Assembly: GCA_945889495.1 (NCBI GenBank)
Contig: CAMDBU010000004.1
Location: 5,176 to 69,175 of the forward strand
From: Syntrophobacter sp. SbD2
GTDB lineage: Bacteria > Desulfobacterota > Binatia > UBA9968
DNA length: 64,000 nt
Direction of reading: 5' to 3'
The notes beneath the pieces are model-generated. The model had not been told where the DNA came from. It was given only the letters and a program-made list of their open reading frames with translations, and did not search any database. The position numbers and the translations under genes are program-made. Below, piece after piece: positions 51,322-61,477 of this stretch (positions are counted from its first letter, which is position 1; each line of letters opens with the position of its first letter).

Positions 51322-53142
51322 TTAGGCGGTTTTAGCGGTTTGGGCGGCCTCGAAGATTTGCTTGACCACTTCGCCGGCGCTGACCGGCAGGCCGTTGTAG
51401 ACCAGAATGTTGGTGATTTTCGCACCAAGCAGCGGGTTCTCGTCCTTGATGATCGCGGCCATCTGGGCATCGCGGTTCTGCTCGACCATATAAATCGTGT
51501 CATGCTCGGCCAAGAAGTCCATCACTTCGCTGGTCAGCGGCAGTGCGCGGATCAGCATGTGGTTGGTCTTCAATCCCGAAGCGCGCAAGCGATCACGGGC
51601 CTCGCGCACCGGTTCGTAGCTCGAACCGTAACAGATGATGCCGGTCTTGACGCCTTTTTCTTTTTCAACGATCGGTTTGGGGACGAACTTGCGCGAGGTG
51701 TCGAACTTTTTGCGCAACCGATCGAGGATATATTTATAATCATGCTCGTCTTCGGAGTACTTGGCATCCGCGTCATGGCCCGAACCGCGGGTGAAGTACG
51801 ATGCCATGCGATTCTCGTTGCCCGGCACGGTGCGGTAGGGAATGCCGTCGCCGTCTTGGTCGAAGTAGCGGCGGAACTTCTTGCCAGCTTTGGTCCATTC
51901 GTCCAAATCCTTGGCGTTGAGCCGCTTGCCTTGATCGTAAGGCTCTTGGTTCAACTTGAGCGGTTCCGACGACCACATGTTCATGCCAAGGTCGAGATCC
52001 ATGGCGACGAAAACCGGGGTCTGGAATCGGTCGGCATAATTAAAACTCTGGCGCGCGAAGTCGAAACAGGAATTCATGTCGTGGGGAATTAAAATAATAT
52101 GCCGGGTATCGCCATGGGACGCGCCGTACATGAGCGAAATATCGGCTTGCTGCGTGCGTGTCGGCAAGCCGGTGGACGGACCGCCGCGCTGGATGATGAA
52201 AAATACGCAGGGGATTTCAGCGTAGTAGGCCAGACCGATGGACTCGTTCATCAAGGAAACGCCGGGCCCCGAGGTCGAGGTCATGGAACGGGCGCCCGCC
52301 CAACCGGCGCCGACGATCATGCCCGCCGAGGCGATCTCATCTTCGGCCTGGACGATGGCGTAGGGTTTTTTGCCGTCGATCGGTTTGCGCAGCCGCGGCA
52401 GGTAATATTCCATCGCTTCGGCCAGTGAACTCGACGGCGTGATCGGATACCAGCAAATCACCGAAGCGCCGCCATAAATGGCGCCCAGCGCCGCCGCGGT
52501 ATTGCCTTCGGTGATGATCTTGCCGGTGTTGCCGCCGGGGATCGGTTCGAGACGGGCGATGTTCTGCTTGTAACCTTGCTCTTTGCAGTATTGATAGCCG
52601 GCGTCGATACAGACCAGGTTGGACTCGATCACCGCCGGCTTCTTGCCGAAGGTATCTTCGAGCACGGCTTTGATCACCGACATGTCGATGCCGAACAGAT
52701 AGGCCAGGGCGCCGACGTAAACCATGTTGCGCTGTTTGGCGCGCAAGGGGGAGGCCGGAACCAGCTTGGCCACCAGCTTATTGGCCGGGAAGCCGATATA
52801 TTGGAGACCGTCGCGCTTGAGCGTCGGCGAGAGCGGCGTCGAATCGTCATAGAGCAGCACGCCGCCGTCGCGCACCCGATAGATGTCTTTGGCCCCGGTG
52901 GCGTCGTTGAACATCACCATCACGTCGATGACATCCTTGCGGCTCATATAGCCGTCGGCGTTGGCGCGAATCTGATACCAGGTGGGCAGTCCCTGGATGT
53001 TCGATGGGAACATGTTCTTCGACGAGCAGGGTATGCCCATCTTGAAAATCGCCTTGAACAAAATGTTGTTCGACGACGCGCTCCCCGAACCATTCTCCGT
53101 CGCGACGCATATGTTTAGATCATTGATCAGCGGTGTCTCCAA
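51322..53142 (-). CDS. korA: 2-oxoacid:ferredoxin oxidoreductase alpha subunit (gamma-alpha fused)
   Basis: 606 aa with an N-terminal gamma-type domain followed by the pyrimidine-binding alpha domain. It lies directly upstream of korB. Confidence 0.9.
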   Translation of the reverse strand: METPLINDLNICVATENGSGSASSNNILFKAIFKMGIPCSSKNMFPSNIQGLPTWYQIRANADGYMSRKDVIDVMVMFNDATGAKDIYRVRDGGVLLYDDSTPLSPTLKRDGLQYIGFPANKLVAKLVPASPLRAKQRNMVYVGALAYLFGIDMSVIKAVLEDTFGKKPAVIESNLVCIDAGYQYCKEQGYKQNIARLEPIPGGNTGKIITEGNTAAALGAIYGGASVICWYPITPSSSLAEAMEYYLPRLRKPIDGKKPYAIVQAEDEIASAGMIVGAGWAGARSMTSTSGPGVSLMNESIGLAYYAEIPCVFFIIQRGGPSTGLPTRTQQADISLMYGASHGDTRHIILIPHDMNSCFDFARQSFNYADRFQTPVFVAMDLDLGMNMWSSEPLKLNQEPYDQGKRLNAKDLDEWTKAGKKFRRYFDQDGDGIPYRTVPGNENRMASYFTRGSGHDADAKYSEDEHDYKYILDRLRKKFDTSRKFVPKPIVEKEKGVKTGIICYGSSYEPVREARDRLRASGLKTNHMLIRALPLTSEVMDFLAEHDTIYMVEQNRDAQMAAIIKDENPLLGAKITNILVYNGLPVSAGEVVKQIFEAAQTAKTA

Positions 53143-53219
53143 AATACGGCCTCCTTGAAACGTTCTGGCAACTCTCCGATTCTAACATAATCGCGTTGAA
53201 AGACAACCATTTAGGTCGT

Positions 53220-54080
53220 CTAGCCGGGGGTGTACTGGTCGTCGGTGTCGAGGGCTTGGGCAACTTCCTGCCAACTCCGGCGCACCTGCTCGTCGATGTT
53301 AAACGCTTGAGCGTATTGGAGAATCTCCGGCATGGCGATGAGGCCGCGGAGTTGGTTGGGGGTGTCCTGGACCGGCATATTGCGAATATCGCGGCGGTAC
53401 ATTTCGGCCAGCACATCGCCGACTAAGGTTGTCCGTGGCATGGCGATTAGCGGCGCGGTCATAACATCTTTGATGGCGCTGCGCTGGCGGTCCAAATTCT
53501 TGGTCGCGACCCGTTTCAAGACATCGCGCTCGGTGAAGATGCCCAGCGGACTTCCCGCGGCGCTGACAATCACCGCGGATAGCCCCTGCTGATTCATCAG
53601 CTCCACGGTGGCTTGGATGGTCGTCGAATCGTCGACGCTGACGATCAGGGAGGTCGGGATATCGCTGAGCGTTCTGGTTTCGCTAATGCCTTGTCCGAGC
53701 TCCACGGCGAGGTTGAGAATCCGCCGCATGGAGACGATGCCGATGATCTTGCCGCGCCGGCCGCGTACCAGCAGATGGCGGTACTTGCCGCGGTACATGC
53801 GCGCGAAAGCGTCGACAATGTGGGTTTCCTCGCGCACCGCCCGCACCGGCGCGGTCATGACTTCCCGGATGCTGGCTTTGTGGGCGTCGATGGAAGTGCC
53901 GACGACGCGTTTGAGAACATCCTTTTCGGTAAAGATACCGACCGGCACTTCGTCGTCGGTGATGATGATGCGCCCGACGTCCTCGGCGACCATGGTTTCC
54001 ATGACGCTGAATATGGTCGTCGCAACCGGCGCCTTGACCAGATCCGTGGTCATGATCTCGCTGACTTTGTTCGACAGCAT
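53220..54080 (-). CDS. CBS-domain protein (four tandem CBS motifs)
   Basis: 286 aa with four repeats of the pattern ...IMT...V......M......G...V.D..G...GI.T..D.... Confidence 0.85.
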   Translation of the reverse strand: MLSNKVSEIMTTDLVKAPVATTIFSVMETMVAEDVGRIIITDDEVPVGIFTEKDVLKRVVGTSIDAHKASIREVMTAPVRAVREETHIVDAFARMYRGKYRHLLVRGRRGKIIGIVSMRRILNLAVELGQGISETRTLSDIPTSLIVSVDDSTTIQATVELMNQQGLSAVIVSAAGSPLGIFTERDVLKRVATKNLDRQRSAIKDVMTAPLIAMPRTTLVGDVLAEMYRRDIRNMPVQDTPNQLRGLIAMPEILQYAQAFNIDEQVRRSWQEVAQALDTDDQYTPG

Positions 54081-54259
54081 GGAGTACCTCCCGAGTTGTG
54101 CACGACGTTATTCACTCATCCGGAGACTACCACCTTTAGCGCGGCCACTATATCACCCTTGCAATGGGGCGACGCAAGAATTATTGCCATGGTGTCAGCG
54201 AGCATTGCGGGCTGGCTCGGCAGCATGTTAGATTTCTTTTCAGGGAGGCCACGGGGTCC

Positions 54260-54574
54260 ATGAGCCGCAAAGAACCGGAATCCGAACATGGGGTGGTCAC
54301 CGAGACCAAGAAAAAGGTCAAACGGCCGCCGCTCTATAAAGTATTGCTGCATAACGACGATTACACCACTAAGGAGTTCGTCGTACAGGTCTTGCAGTAT
54401 GTCTTTCACAAGGAGCAGACCGAAGCGCTGCAGATCATGCTCCATGTGCACAAGAAAGGCATCGGCGTCGCCGGGGTTTATTCTTACGAAATCGCCGAGA
54501 CTAAAGTCACGCTGGTGGAAAACCTGGCGCGCCAGCATGAATACCCACTGAAATGCACGTTGGAAGAGGCTTAA
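54260..54574 (+). CDS. clpS: ATP-dependent Clp protease adaptor ClpS
   Basis: Start at MSRKEPESEH (104 aa). It has PPLYKVLLHNDDYTTKEFVV. Confidence 0.95.
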   Translation: MSRKEPESEHGVVTETKKKVKRPPLYKVLLHNDDYTTKEFVVQVLQYVFHKEQTEALQIMLHVHKKGIGVAGVYSYEIAETKVTLVENLARQHEYPLKCTLEEA

Positions 54575-54578
54575 TCTA

Positions 54579-56867
54579 ATGATCAGCAAAGATCTCGAAG
54601 CGACGCTTAACTCCGCGCTCAAGGAAGCCAAAACCCGGCGCCATGAATATGTCAGCCTGGAGCACCTGCTGTTCGCGCTGTTGCGCGACAAGGACGGCAA
54701 GAGCACCATCCTGGCCTGTGGCGGCGATGTCGACAAGCTGCACAAATCTCTGGAAGAGTTCTTCGACGGCCAGATGGAAACCTTGCCGGCCGGTGTCGAC
54801 CGCGACCCGCAGCAGACTTTAAGTTTCCACCGGGTCTTGCAGCGGGCGCTGATTCACGCCCAATCGGCGGAGCGCAAGGAGGTCAATGGCAGCAATGTCT
54901 TGATCGCGATGTTTCGTGAGCCCGACTCCTACGCGGTTTACCTCTTGGAAGAGCAAGGCATCACGCGCTTCGATCTGGTCAATTACGTCTCCCATGGCGT
55001 GTCAAAGATCGGCGGCGATGAGGAGCCGGCGCCCCAGGGGGACGACGAAGATCATGATCACGAAGACGGCGAGCGGCCATCGCGGCGGGTCAATCCGCTG
55101 GAAGCTTTCACGGTCAATCTAGTCGAGAAGGCGAGCCAAGGCCATATCGATCCGCTGATCGGCCGCGCCGATGAAGTCGAACGAACCATTCATGTGCTGT
55201 GCCGGCGGCGCAAAAACAATCCGATCTATGTCGGCGACCCGGGCGTCGGCAAAACCGCTATCGCCGAAGGGTTGGCGCTGAAAATTCACCGCGGCGAAGT
55301 TCCCGACGCGCTCAAGAGCGCGGTGATCTATGCCCTCGACATGGGCGCGCTGCTCGCCGGCACTAAATTTCGCGGCGACTTCGAAGCGCGCTTAAAGGCC
55401 GTGCTCAACGGTCTCAAGAAGCAGCCCGACTCGATCCTTTTTATCGACGAAATTCATACCATCGTCGGCGCCGGCGCCACCAGCGGCGGCTCCATGGATG
55501 CGTCGAACATTCTCAAACCGGCGCTCGCTTCGGGCGAGCTCAAATGTATCGGCTCAACCACCTATCACGATTACAAGAGCTACTTCGAGCGCGACCGCGC
55601 CTTGGCGCGCCGCTTCCAAAAGATCGAAGTGCCGGAGCCGACGCATGAAGAGGCGATCAAGATTCTCGAAGGATTGAAACCAGCCTACGAAAAACATCAT
55701 GGCGTGCATTACAGCGCCGGGGCGATTCGCGCCGCGGTAAAACTTTCCGCCAAGCATATCAACGACCGCTGCTTGCCCGACAAGGCGATCGATGTCATCG
55801 ACGAGATCGGCGCCGCGGTGAAAATCCAGCCGGCCGACAAGCGGCGCAAAAGTATCGGCCCCAAAGATATCGAAAAAATGGTCGCTAAGATCGCCAAGAT
55901 CCCGCCGCGCAGCGTGTCGTCGTCGGACAAGGAGCAGTTGCAGACGCTGGAGCGCGATTTGAAACTGGTCGTCTTTGGCCAGGACCCGGCCATCGACATG
56001 TTGGCGAGCACCATCAAGCTATCCCGGTCCGGCCTGGGCCATCCAGAAAAGCCGATCGGCTGCTTTCTCTTCGCCGGCCCCACCGGCGTCGGTAAAACCG
56101 AGCTGGCCAAACAGCTGGCCAAAACCATGGGCATCGAGTTTCTCCGCTTCGACATGAGCGAGTACATGGAAAAGCACACGGTGTCGCGCTTGATCGGCGC
56201 GCCGCCGGGCTATGTCGGCTTCGACCAGGGCGGTTTACTCACCGACGCGATCAACCGCAACCCTTACGCGGTGTTGTTACTCGATGAGATCGAAAAAGCC
56301 CATCCCGACCTGTTCAATATTCTCCTCCAGGTCATGGATCATGCGACCTTGACCGACAACAACGGCAAAAAGGCGGACTTCCGCAACATCGTCGTGATCA
56401 TGACCACCAACGCCGGGGCGCGCGAGATGAGTGGCACACCGATCGGTTTCGGCGAGCGCACCAACGCTGGCCGGGGCAAAGAAGCGATCGAGAAAATGTT
56501 CACCCCCGAGTTTCGCAATCGGCTCGACTCCATGATCACTTTCAACTCGTTAAGCAAGGAAAATATCGAGCGGGTGGTCGACAAGTTCATCATTGAGCTT
56601 GATCAGCAGTTGAACGAACGCAAGGTCTTCCTCCAGCTCACCAACCGGGCGCGCCAATGGTTCGCCGAGCGCGGCTACGACCCGACCTTCGGCGCCCGGC
56701 CGATGGCGCGGTTGATTCAGAACGAGATCAAGCGCGTGTTGGCCGACGAGATACTTTTCGGCAAGCTGCAAAACGGCGGCAAAGTCGAAGTCGACGAGCA
56801 GGACGGCAAGCTGCTGTTCAACTACACCAGCGCGGTGGAATCGACGCCGGCGGCGACGCCGGCGTAG
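54579..56867 (+). CDS. clpA: ATP-dependent Clp protease ATP-binding subunit ClpA
   Basis: 762 aa with two AAA+ modules (GDPGVGKT, GPTGVGKT). It follows clpS by 4 nt. Confidence 0.95.
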   Translation: MISKDLEATLNSALKEAKTRRHEYVSLEHLLFALLRDKDGKSTILACGGDVDKLHKSLEEFFDGQMETLPAGVDRDPQQTLSFHRVLQRALIHAQSAERKEVNGSNVLIAMFREPDSYAVYLLEEQGITRFDLVNYVSHGVSKIGGDEEPAPQGDDEDHDHEDGERPSRRVNPLEAFTVNLVEKASQGHIDPLIGRADEVERTIHVLCRRRKNNPIYVGDPGVGKTAIAEGLALKIHRGEVPDALKSAVIYALDMGALLAGTKFRGDFEARLKAVLNGLKKQPDSILFIDEIHTIVGAGATSGGSMDASNILKPALASGELKCIGSTTYHDYKSYFERDRALARRFQKIEVPEPTHEEAIKILEGLKPAYEKHHGVHYSAGAIRAAVKLSAKHINDRCLPDKAIDVIDEIGAAVKIQPADKRRKSIGPKDIEKMVAKIAKIPPRSVSSSDKEQLQTLERDLKLVVFGQDPAIDMLASTIKLSRSGLGHPEKPIGCFLFAGPTGVGKTELAKQLAKTMGIEFLRFDMSEYMEKHTVSRLIGAPPGYVGFDQGGLLTDAINRNPYAVLLLDEIEKAHPDLFNILLQVMDHATLTDNNGKKADFRNIVVIMTTNAGAREMSGTPIGFGERTNAGRGKEAIEKMFTPEFRNRLDSMITFNSLSKENIERVVDKFIIELDQQLNERKVFLQLTNRARQWFAERGYDPTFGARPMARLIQNEIKRVLADEILFGKLQNGGKVEVDEQDGKLLFNYTSAVESTPAATPA

Positions 56868-56924
56868 TTTAGCCGCCGCGCTACCAACCCAAGCAGTTTC
56901 GCTCACGAGCGCGCCAGAAATTTC

Positions 56925-58196
56925 ATGGAGCAGGTGATTGTCACGATTTTTCTGGCGCTCTTCGCGCTCCAATTCGCCATCGAGTTTGGTCTCAACGAAT
57001 TAAACCTCCGCCAGGTTGCCATCAGCGCGGCGCAAAAAGCGATCCCCGACGCCTTCCGCGGCAAGATCGACGCGCAGGACTACGCGAAGTCCGTTGACTA
57101 CACACTGACCAACGGCCGGTTTCACCGCTGGTCGGAGATTTACGGCAGTACGATTTTGCTACTGGTGCTGCTCAGTGGCTCACTGGGCGTGGTCGATCAA
57201 TGGGCTGGTCAGTGGGCCGAGAGTTCAGCGCTCGGCCGCTATGGCCAGGGGATTATTTTCTGCTGCGCGGTCGCGGTGATCTTCACCGTCACTGGCTTGC
57301 CAACCGAGCTCTATTCCACCTTTGGCATCGAAGCCAAGTTTGGTTTTAATAAGACCACCTTGGGACTTTACTTCAGCGATAAAATCAAAGGACTGATCTT
57401 GAGCTTGGTCATCGGTGTGCCGTTCTTGCTGGTGGTGTTGTGGCTGATGGAGATCATGGGTTCGACCTGGTGGCTGTGGGCGTTCGCGTTTATTTCACTC
57501 TTCCAGCTATTGATGATCGTGATCTTCCCGACCTTCATCGCCCCCTGGTTCAATAAATTCGAGCCGCTCAAGGAAGGCGAGTTGCGCGAGCGCATTCTCG
57601 CCTTGGCCGAGCAGATCGGCTTTCAGACCAGCGGGATTTATTCCATGGACGGTTCCAAACGCTCGGCCCACTCCAACGCCTACTTCACCGGTATCGGCAA
57701 AGCCAAACGAATTGTCTTGTTCGACACCTTGATCGAGCAGATGACCACCACTCAAGGACTGGCGGTGCTGGCCCACGAGATGGGCCACTACAAGATGAAA
57801 CATATCCGGCGCATGCTGCTGGTCCAGACGGTGTTTCTCTTCGCCGGCCTCTACATACTTAGCTTGCTGGTCGCCTACCCACCATTTTTCGCCGCCTTCG
57901 GCCTGGCACCGTCCAACCACGGCGCGCTGGTGCTGTTCACCCTGGTGTCGGGGCCGTTTACTTTTTACCTGGCGCCATTGATGAACCGCCTGTCGCGCAA
58001 ACACGAGTACGAAGCCGACCGCTTCGCCGCCCTCACCCTGCGCGACGGCAAACCGATGGAAGAAGCGCTGATCAATCTGACGGTGAAAAATCTCTCGAAC
58101 CTGACGCCGCACCCATGGTACTCGGCGTATCACTACTCCCATCCCACCGCGGTCGAACGAATCGAGGCGATTCGGCGGCTGGCGGCCTTCAGTTAG
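56925..58196 (+). CDS. M48-family zinc metalloprotease, Ste24/CAAX-prenyl-protease-1-like
   Basis: 423 aa polytopic protein. It has HEMGHYKMKH, a downstream EYEADRFA, and the long N-terminal TM domain typical of Ste24 rather than HtpX. Confidence 0.85.
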   Translation: MEQVIVTIFLALFALQFAIEFGLNELNLRQVAISAAQKAIPDAFRGKIDAQDYAKSVDYTLTNGRFHRWSEIYGSTILLLVLLSGSLGVVDQWAGQWAESSALGRYGQGIIFCCAVAVIFTVTGLPTELYSTFGIEAKFGFNKTTLGLYFSDKIKGLILSLVIGVPFLLVVLWLMEIMGSTWWLWAFAFISLFQLLMIVIFPTFIAPWFNKFEPLKEGELRERILALAEQIGFQTSGIYSMDGSKRSAHSNAYFTGIGKAKRIVLFDTLIEQMTTTQGLAVLAHEMGHYKMKHIRRMLLVQTVFLFAGLYILSLLVAYPPFFAAFGLAPSNHGALVLFTLVSGPFTFYLAPLMNRLSRKHEYEADRFAALTLRDGKPMEEALINLTVKNLSNLTPHPWYSAYHYSHPTAVERIEAIRRLAAFS

Positions 58197-58232
58197 CGAT
58201 AATCTGGTTTGGGGATGGAGAAGAGGGAAAAT

Positions 58233-58309
58233 TGGTCGGGGCGAGTGGATTTGAACCACCGACTTCACGGACCCGAACCGTGCGCTCTACCAAGCTGAGC
58301 CACGCCCCG
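58233..58309 (-). tRNA. tRNA-Pro (anticodon CGG), CCA encoded
   Basis: The sequence is CGGGGCGTGGCTCAGCTTGGTAGAGCGCACGGTTCGGGTCCGTGAAGTCGGTGGTTCAAATCCACTCGCCCCGACCA. The cloverleaf was folded by hand and the anticodon loop is TTCGGGT. Confidence 0.9.
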
Positions 58310-58340
58310 ACCCGGACAAACTAACACAAGGGTGCGGGAA

Positions 58341-58373
58341 AACAACAGGCCCCGCGGAGCGGGGCCTGTTGTT
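58341..58373 (-). terminator. strong GC hairpin downstream of rpe (intrinsic terminator candidate)
   Basis: AACAACAGGCCCCGC-GGA-GCGGGGCCTGTTGTT has perfect 15-nt arms. On the minus strand it is followed by TTTTCCC. Confidence 0.65.
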
Positions 58374-58447
58374 AATTCCAGATTACAAATTCCATATTCC
58401 AGAATGCCGGAGAGCCTTTTGGAATCTGGAATTTTGAATTTGGAATT
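58374..58447. repeat. AT-rich imperfect inverted repeat built from AATTCCA/TGGAATT-type heptamers
   Basis: Left arm is AATTCCAGATTACAAATTCCATATTCCAGAA (58374-58404). Right arm is TTTTGGAATCTGGAATTTTGAATTTGGAATT (58417-58447). The arms are largely complementary. Confidence 0.6.
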
Positions 58448-58469
58448 GGCGGTGCAGAGCTGGGCGGGG

Positions 58470-59129
58470 TCAAGCCACGGCTTGGCGCATTTGGCGAATG
58501 GTGTCGGCGTAATTGGGTGTTTTGAAGATACCCGAGCCGGATACGATCACCTGGCCGCCGGCTTGGACTACGGTGGCGATGTTATCGGTCTTGATGCCGC
58601 CGTCGACTTCGATGAGCACGCCGGGTTTGCGGGCGTCGATCAATCTTCTCACCTCAGTGATTTTCGGCAGTACGTCGGCGATGAACGCTTGGCCGCCGAA
58701 GCCGGGGAACACCGTCATCATTAAAATCATATCGACATCGTCGAAGCAGCCGGCGACTTGGGTGAGCGGCACATCGGGGTTGACCGCGATGGAGGTTTTG
58801 GCGCCGAGCGCGCGGATTTTCTTCAATGTCGCGTTGGGATTGGCGCAGGTTTCGGGATGGATCGATATCCAGTCGGCGCCGGCCTTGATAAATTCTGGCG
58901 CGTATTTGTCGGGGTCGGTGATCATCAGATGGACGTCGACGGTGACCGTGGTGACTTTTCGCACCCATTCCACCACCACCGGGCCGATGGTGATGTTGGG
59001 CACGAAGTGGCCATCCATGACATCGACGTGAATCCAATCGGCGCCGGCCGCTTCGACCGCTTGGATTTCATCCTTCAGCCGGCTGAAGTCGGCGGACAAT
59101 ATCGACGGGGCGATTTTCATTCCAGCCAT
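58470..59129 (-). CDS. rpe: ribulose-phosphate 3-epimerase
   Basis: 219 aa. It has IAPSILSADF and HVDVMDGHFVPN. Confidence 0.95.
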   Translation of the reverse strand: MAGMKIAPSILSADFSRLKDEIQAVEAAGADWIHVDVMDGHFVPNITIGPVVVEWVRKVTTVTVDVHLMITDPDKYAPEFIKAGADWISIHPETCANPNATLKKIRALGAKTSIAVNPDVPLTQVAGCFDDVDMILMMTVFPGFGGQAFIADVLPKITEVRRLIDARKPGVLIEVDGGIKTDNIATVVQAGGQVIVSGSGIFKTPNYADTIRQMRQAVA

Positions 59130-60491
59130 TTAATCCACCTTTCGCAGGCGCGCGGCGAAGAAACCGTCGGTGTCGTCGCGCTGGGGTAGCGCTTGAAAAT
59201 AGTTTCCCTGCACCATGTGGCGCGCCGACTCCGGAAGATAACGCGCGGCGTCGGTCAACTCAAACTGATTGTTCGCTGCGAGAAAATGGTCGATGACCTG
59301 CTGATTCTCTTCCACCGTCAAGGTGCAGGTGGAATAGACCAGGACGCCGCCGGGGTTTAGATACTGCGCCACGGCTTCCAGAATCCTGGCTTGCAGCGCC
59401 GCGAGCCGAGCGATGTCGCGCTCATCGCGCTGCCATTTGATCTCGGGATGGGAACGCAGCGTGCCGAGGCCGCTGCAGGGCGCGTCGACGAGAATCCGAT
59501 CGTAGGGGCCGGCGAGATTTTCCGCTAGCGGTTTACTGGCGTTGACGCACTGGGCGTGAATCGACGTGAGACCCAAGCGCCGGGCGTTCTCTGCGATTCT
59601 CTCGACGCCGCGTGCCGAAGTATCGAGGGCAATGATCTTACCTTGGTCGTCGATCAGCTCGGCCAGATGGGTGGATTTGCCGCCCGGCGCGGCGCAGGCG
59701 TCGAGAATGATCTCCCCCAGCGCTGGGCCGACGAGATAGGCCACCAGTTGCGATGCTTCGCTTTGCACTTGGAACCAGCCTTCGCTAAAGCCGGGCAAAG
59801 CTTCGACGCTCACGCCGGTGGGCAGCCGGATCGCTTGCGGTGACGCTGTGCCAGCGTCAGCTGCGATGCCGGCTGCGCGCCAGTTTTCCAATAACTCTTC
59901 GCGGCTAGCCTTGCGCAGATTAACTCGCACCACCAATGGCGTTCTTTGATTGTTCGCGAGCATTAAAGCTCTTGCTTGCTCTTCTCCAAAATATTCACGC
60001 CAACGATCGACCAGCCACTGCGGATGGGAATATTCCTCGGCGAGATTTGTCGCCGCTGTTTCGCTCTCTCCGCGCTGTTCGCCCTTGGCCAACTTCCGTA
60101 GCAAACTGCGCAGGACGCCGTTGACGAAACCGGCGCTTTTCGGCTTGGTCGCCTTGGCGATTTCCACCGCTTCGTTGACCGCGGCGTAGGCGGGAATCTT
60201 GTCGAGGAACAGCAGTTGGTAGAGGGTGATGCGCAAGAGATTGCGGATCAACGGATCGGTGTCGGCGAGGGAGCGCTTGAGTAGCGGCGCCAGTTGACCG
60301 TCGATCTTGCCGCGCCAACGCAGCGTGCCGTAGGTCAGTTCGGTCAACAGACCGCGATCGGCGTCGACCAAATTGCCACTGCGCAGATGGTGATCGAGCA
60401 ACAGGTCGGCGTAGGCTTTTTGATTCTCGACGCGGTAGAGAATCTCGGCGGCGATCTGGCGAACGTTTTTGGCGTCACTCAAGCCGGTCAC
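59130..60491 (-). CDS. rsmB: 16S rRNA (cytosine967-C5)-methyltransferase RsmB/Sun
   Basis: 453 aa with an N-terminal NusB-like domain. It has DACAAPGGKS, DAPCSG and YSTCT. Confidence 0.9.
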   Translation of the reverse strand: MTGLSDAKNVRQIAAEILYRVENQKAYADLLLDHHLRSGNLVDADRGLLTELTYGTLRWRGKIDGQLAPLLKRSLADTDPLIRNLLRITLYQLLFLDKIPAYAAVNEAVEIAKATKPKSAGFVNGVLRSLLRKLAKGEQRGESETAATNLAEEYSHPQWLVDRWREYFGEEQARALMLANNQRTPLVVRVNLRKASREELLENWRAAGIAADAGTASPQAIRLPTGVSVEALPGFSEGWFQVQSEASQLVAYLVGPALGEIILDACAAPGGKSTHLAELIDDQGKIIALDTSARGVERIAENARRLGLTSIHAQCVNASKPLAENLAGPYDRILVDAPCSGLGTLRSHPEIKWQRDERDIARLAALQARILEAVAQYLNPGGVLVYSTCTLTVEENQQVIDHFLAANNQFELTDAARYLPESARHMVQGNYFQALPQRDDTDGFFAARLRKVD

Positions 60492-61416
60492 CGGATTTGA
60501 TTCTGGCGCCTTTGATGAACTCGACGCCGGCGAGCCGTTTTTTATTTTCCTGCTGCACCTCTTCGAGACTCAAGACCCCTGATGATGTCGCGACCCAAAA
60601 ACCGCTGGCATCGGCGCGGATAATTTCGCCGGGCGCGCCGCGCCGTTCGGTGGCGATCATCTGAGCGCGATGAATTTTCACCAGCTTACCAGCGCACTGG
60701 GTGAAACTTCCCGGCCAGGGATCGAAGCCGCGAATGCGCCGTTCAATTTCTACTGCCGAGCGCTGCCAATCGATGCGGCCGTCTTCTTTCTTCAAGATCG
60801 GCGCCAGGGTCGCCAGGCTTTCGTCCTGTTCCGTCGCGCTGAGCGTTCGATCTTTTAGTCGGCGCAGGGTTTCGAGCAATAACGCGGCGCCAACCGGCGT
60901 CAGCTGGGCTTGCAGTGCGCCGGTGGTTTCTGTGTCTGTTAGATTGACGGCCTGTTGCAGGTAGATCGCTCCGGCATCCATTTTTTCCACCAGCTTCATG
61001 GTGCTGACGCCGGCTTGGGCTTCGCCGTTGATAATCGTCCAGGCGGCCGGCGCGGCGCCGCGGTATTTTGGTAGCAGCGAATAGTGCACGTTGATGCAAC
61101 CCTGGGGCGCGAGATCGAGAATCGTTTTTGGCAAGATCCGGCCGTAGGCGACCACGACGATGATGTCGGCCTGCCAAGCTCGGAGCGCTTCGAGAAATTC
61201 CGCCGTGCGAATTTTTTCCGCCGCCAACACCGGTATGCCGCGCGCTTCGGCGAGTTTGCGCACCGGCGAGGCGGAGGTTTTTTGACCGCGACCGGCTGTG
61301 CTATCGGGTTGGGTGACTACGCCGACCACGGTGTCGGGGCCCGCGAGCAGTTGTTCCAAAGTCGCCGCCGCGATCTGCGGCGTGCCCATGAAAATAATCC
61401 GCCAGGGTGTGGTCAT
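60475..61416 (-). CDS. fmt: methionyl-tRNA formyltransferase
   Basis: 313 aa. It has the HYSLLPKYRGAAP motif and sits in the def-fmt-rsmB order. Confidence 0.95.
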   Translation of the reverse strand: MTTPWRIIFMGTPQIAAATLEQLLAGPDTVVGVVTQPDSTAGRGQKTSASPVRKLAEARGIPVLAAEKIRTAEFLEALRAWQADIIVVVAYGRILPKTILDLAPQGCINVHYSLLPKYRGAAPAAWTIINGEAQAGVSTMKLVEKMDAGAIYLQQAVNLTDTETTGALQAQLTPVGAALLLETLRRLKDRTLSATEQDESLATLAPILKKEDGRIDWQRSAVEIERRIRGFDPWPGSFTQCAGKLVKIHRAQMIATERRGAPGEIIRADASGFWVATSSGVLSLEEVQQENKKRLAGVEFIKGARIKSGDRLE

Positions 61417-61477
61417 GAAAATAATTCGATGAAAAGCAGAAGGTTCGACGGTTATGATCGAAAGGCGCCGGTGGCGC

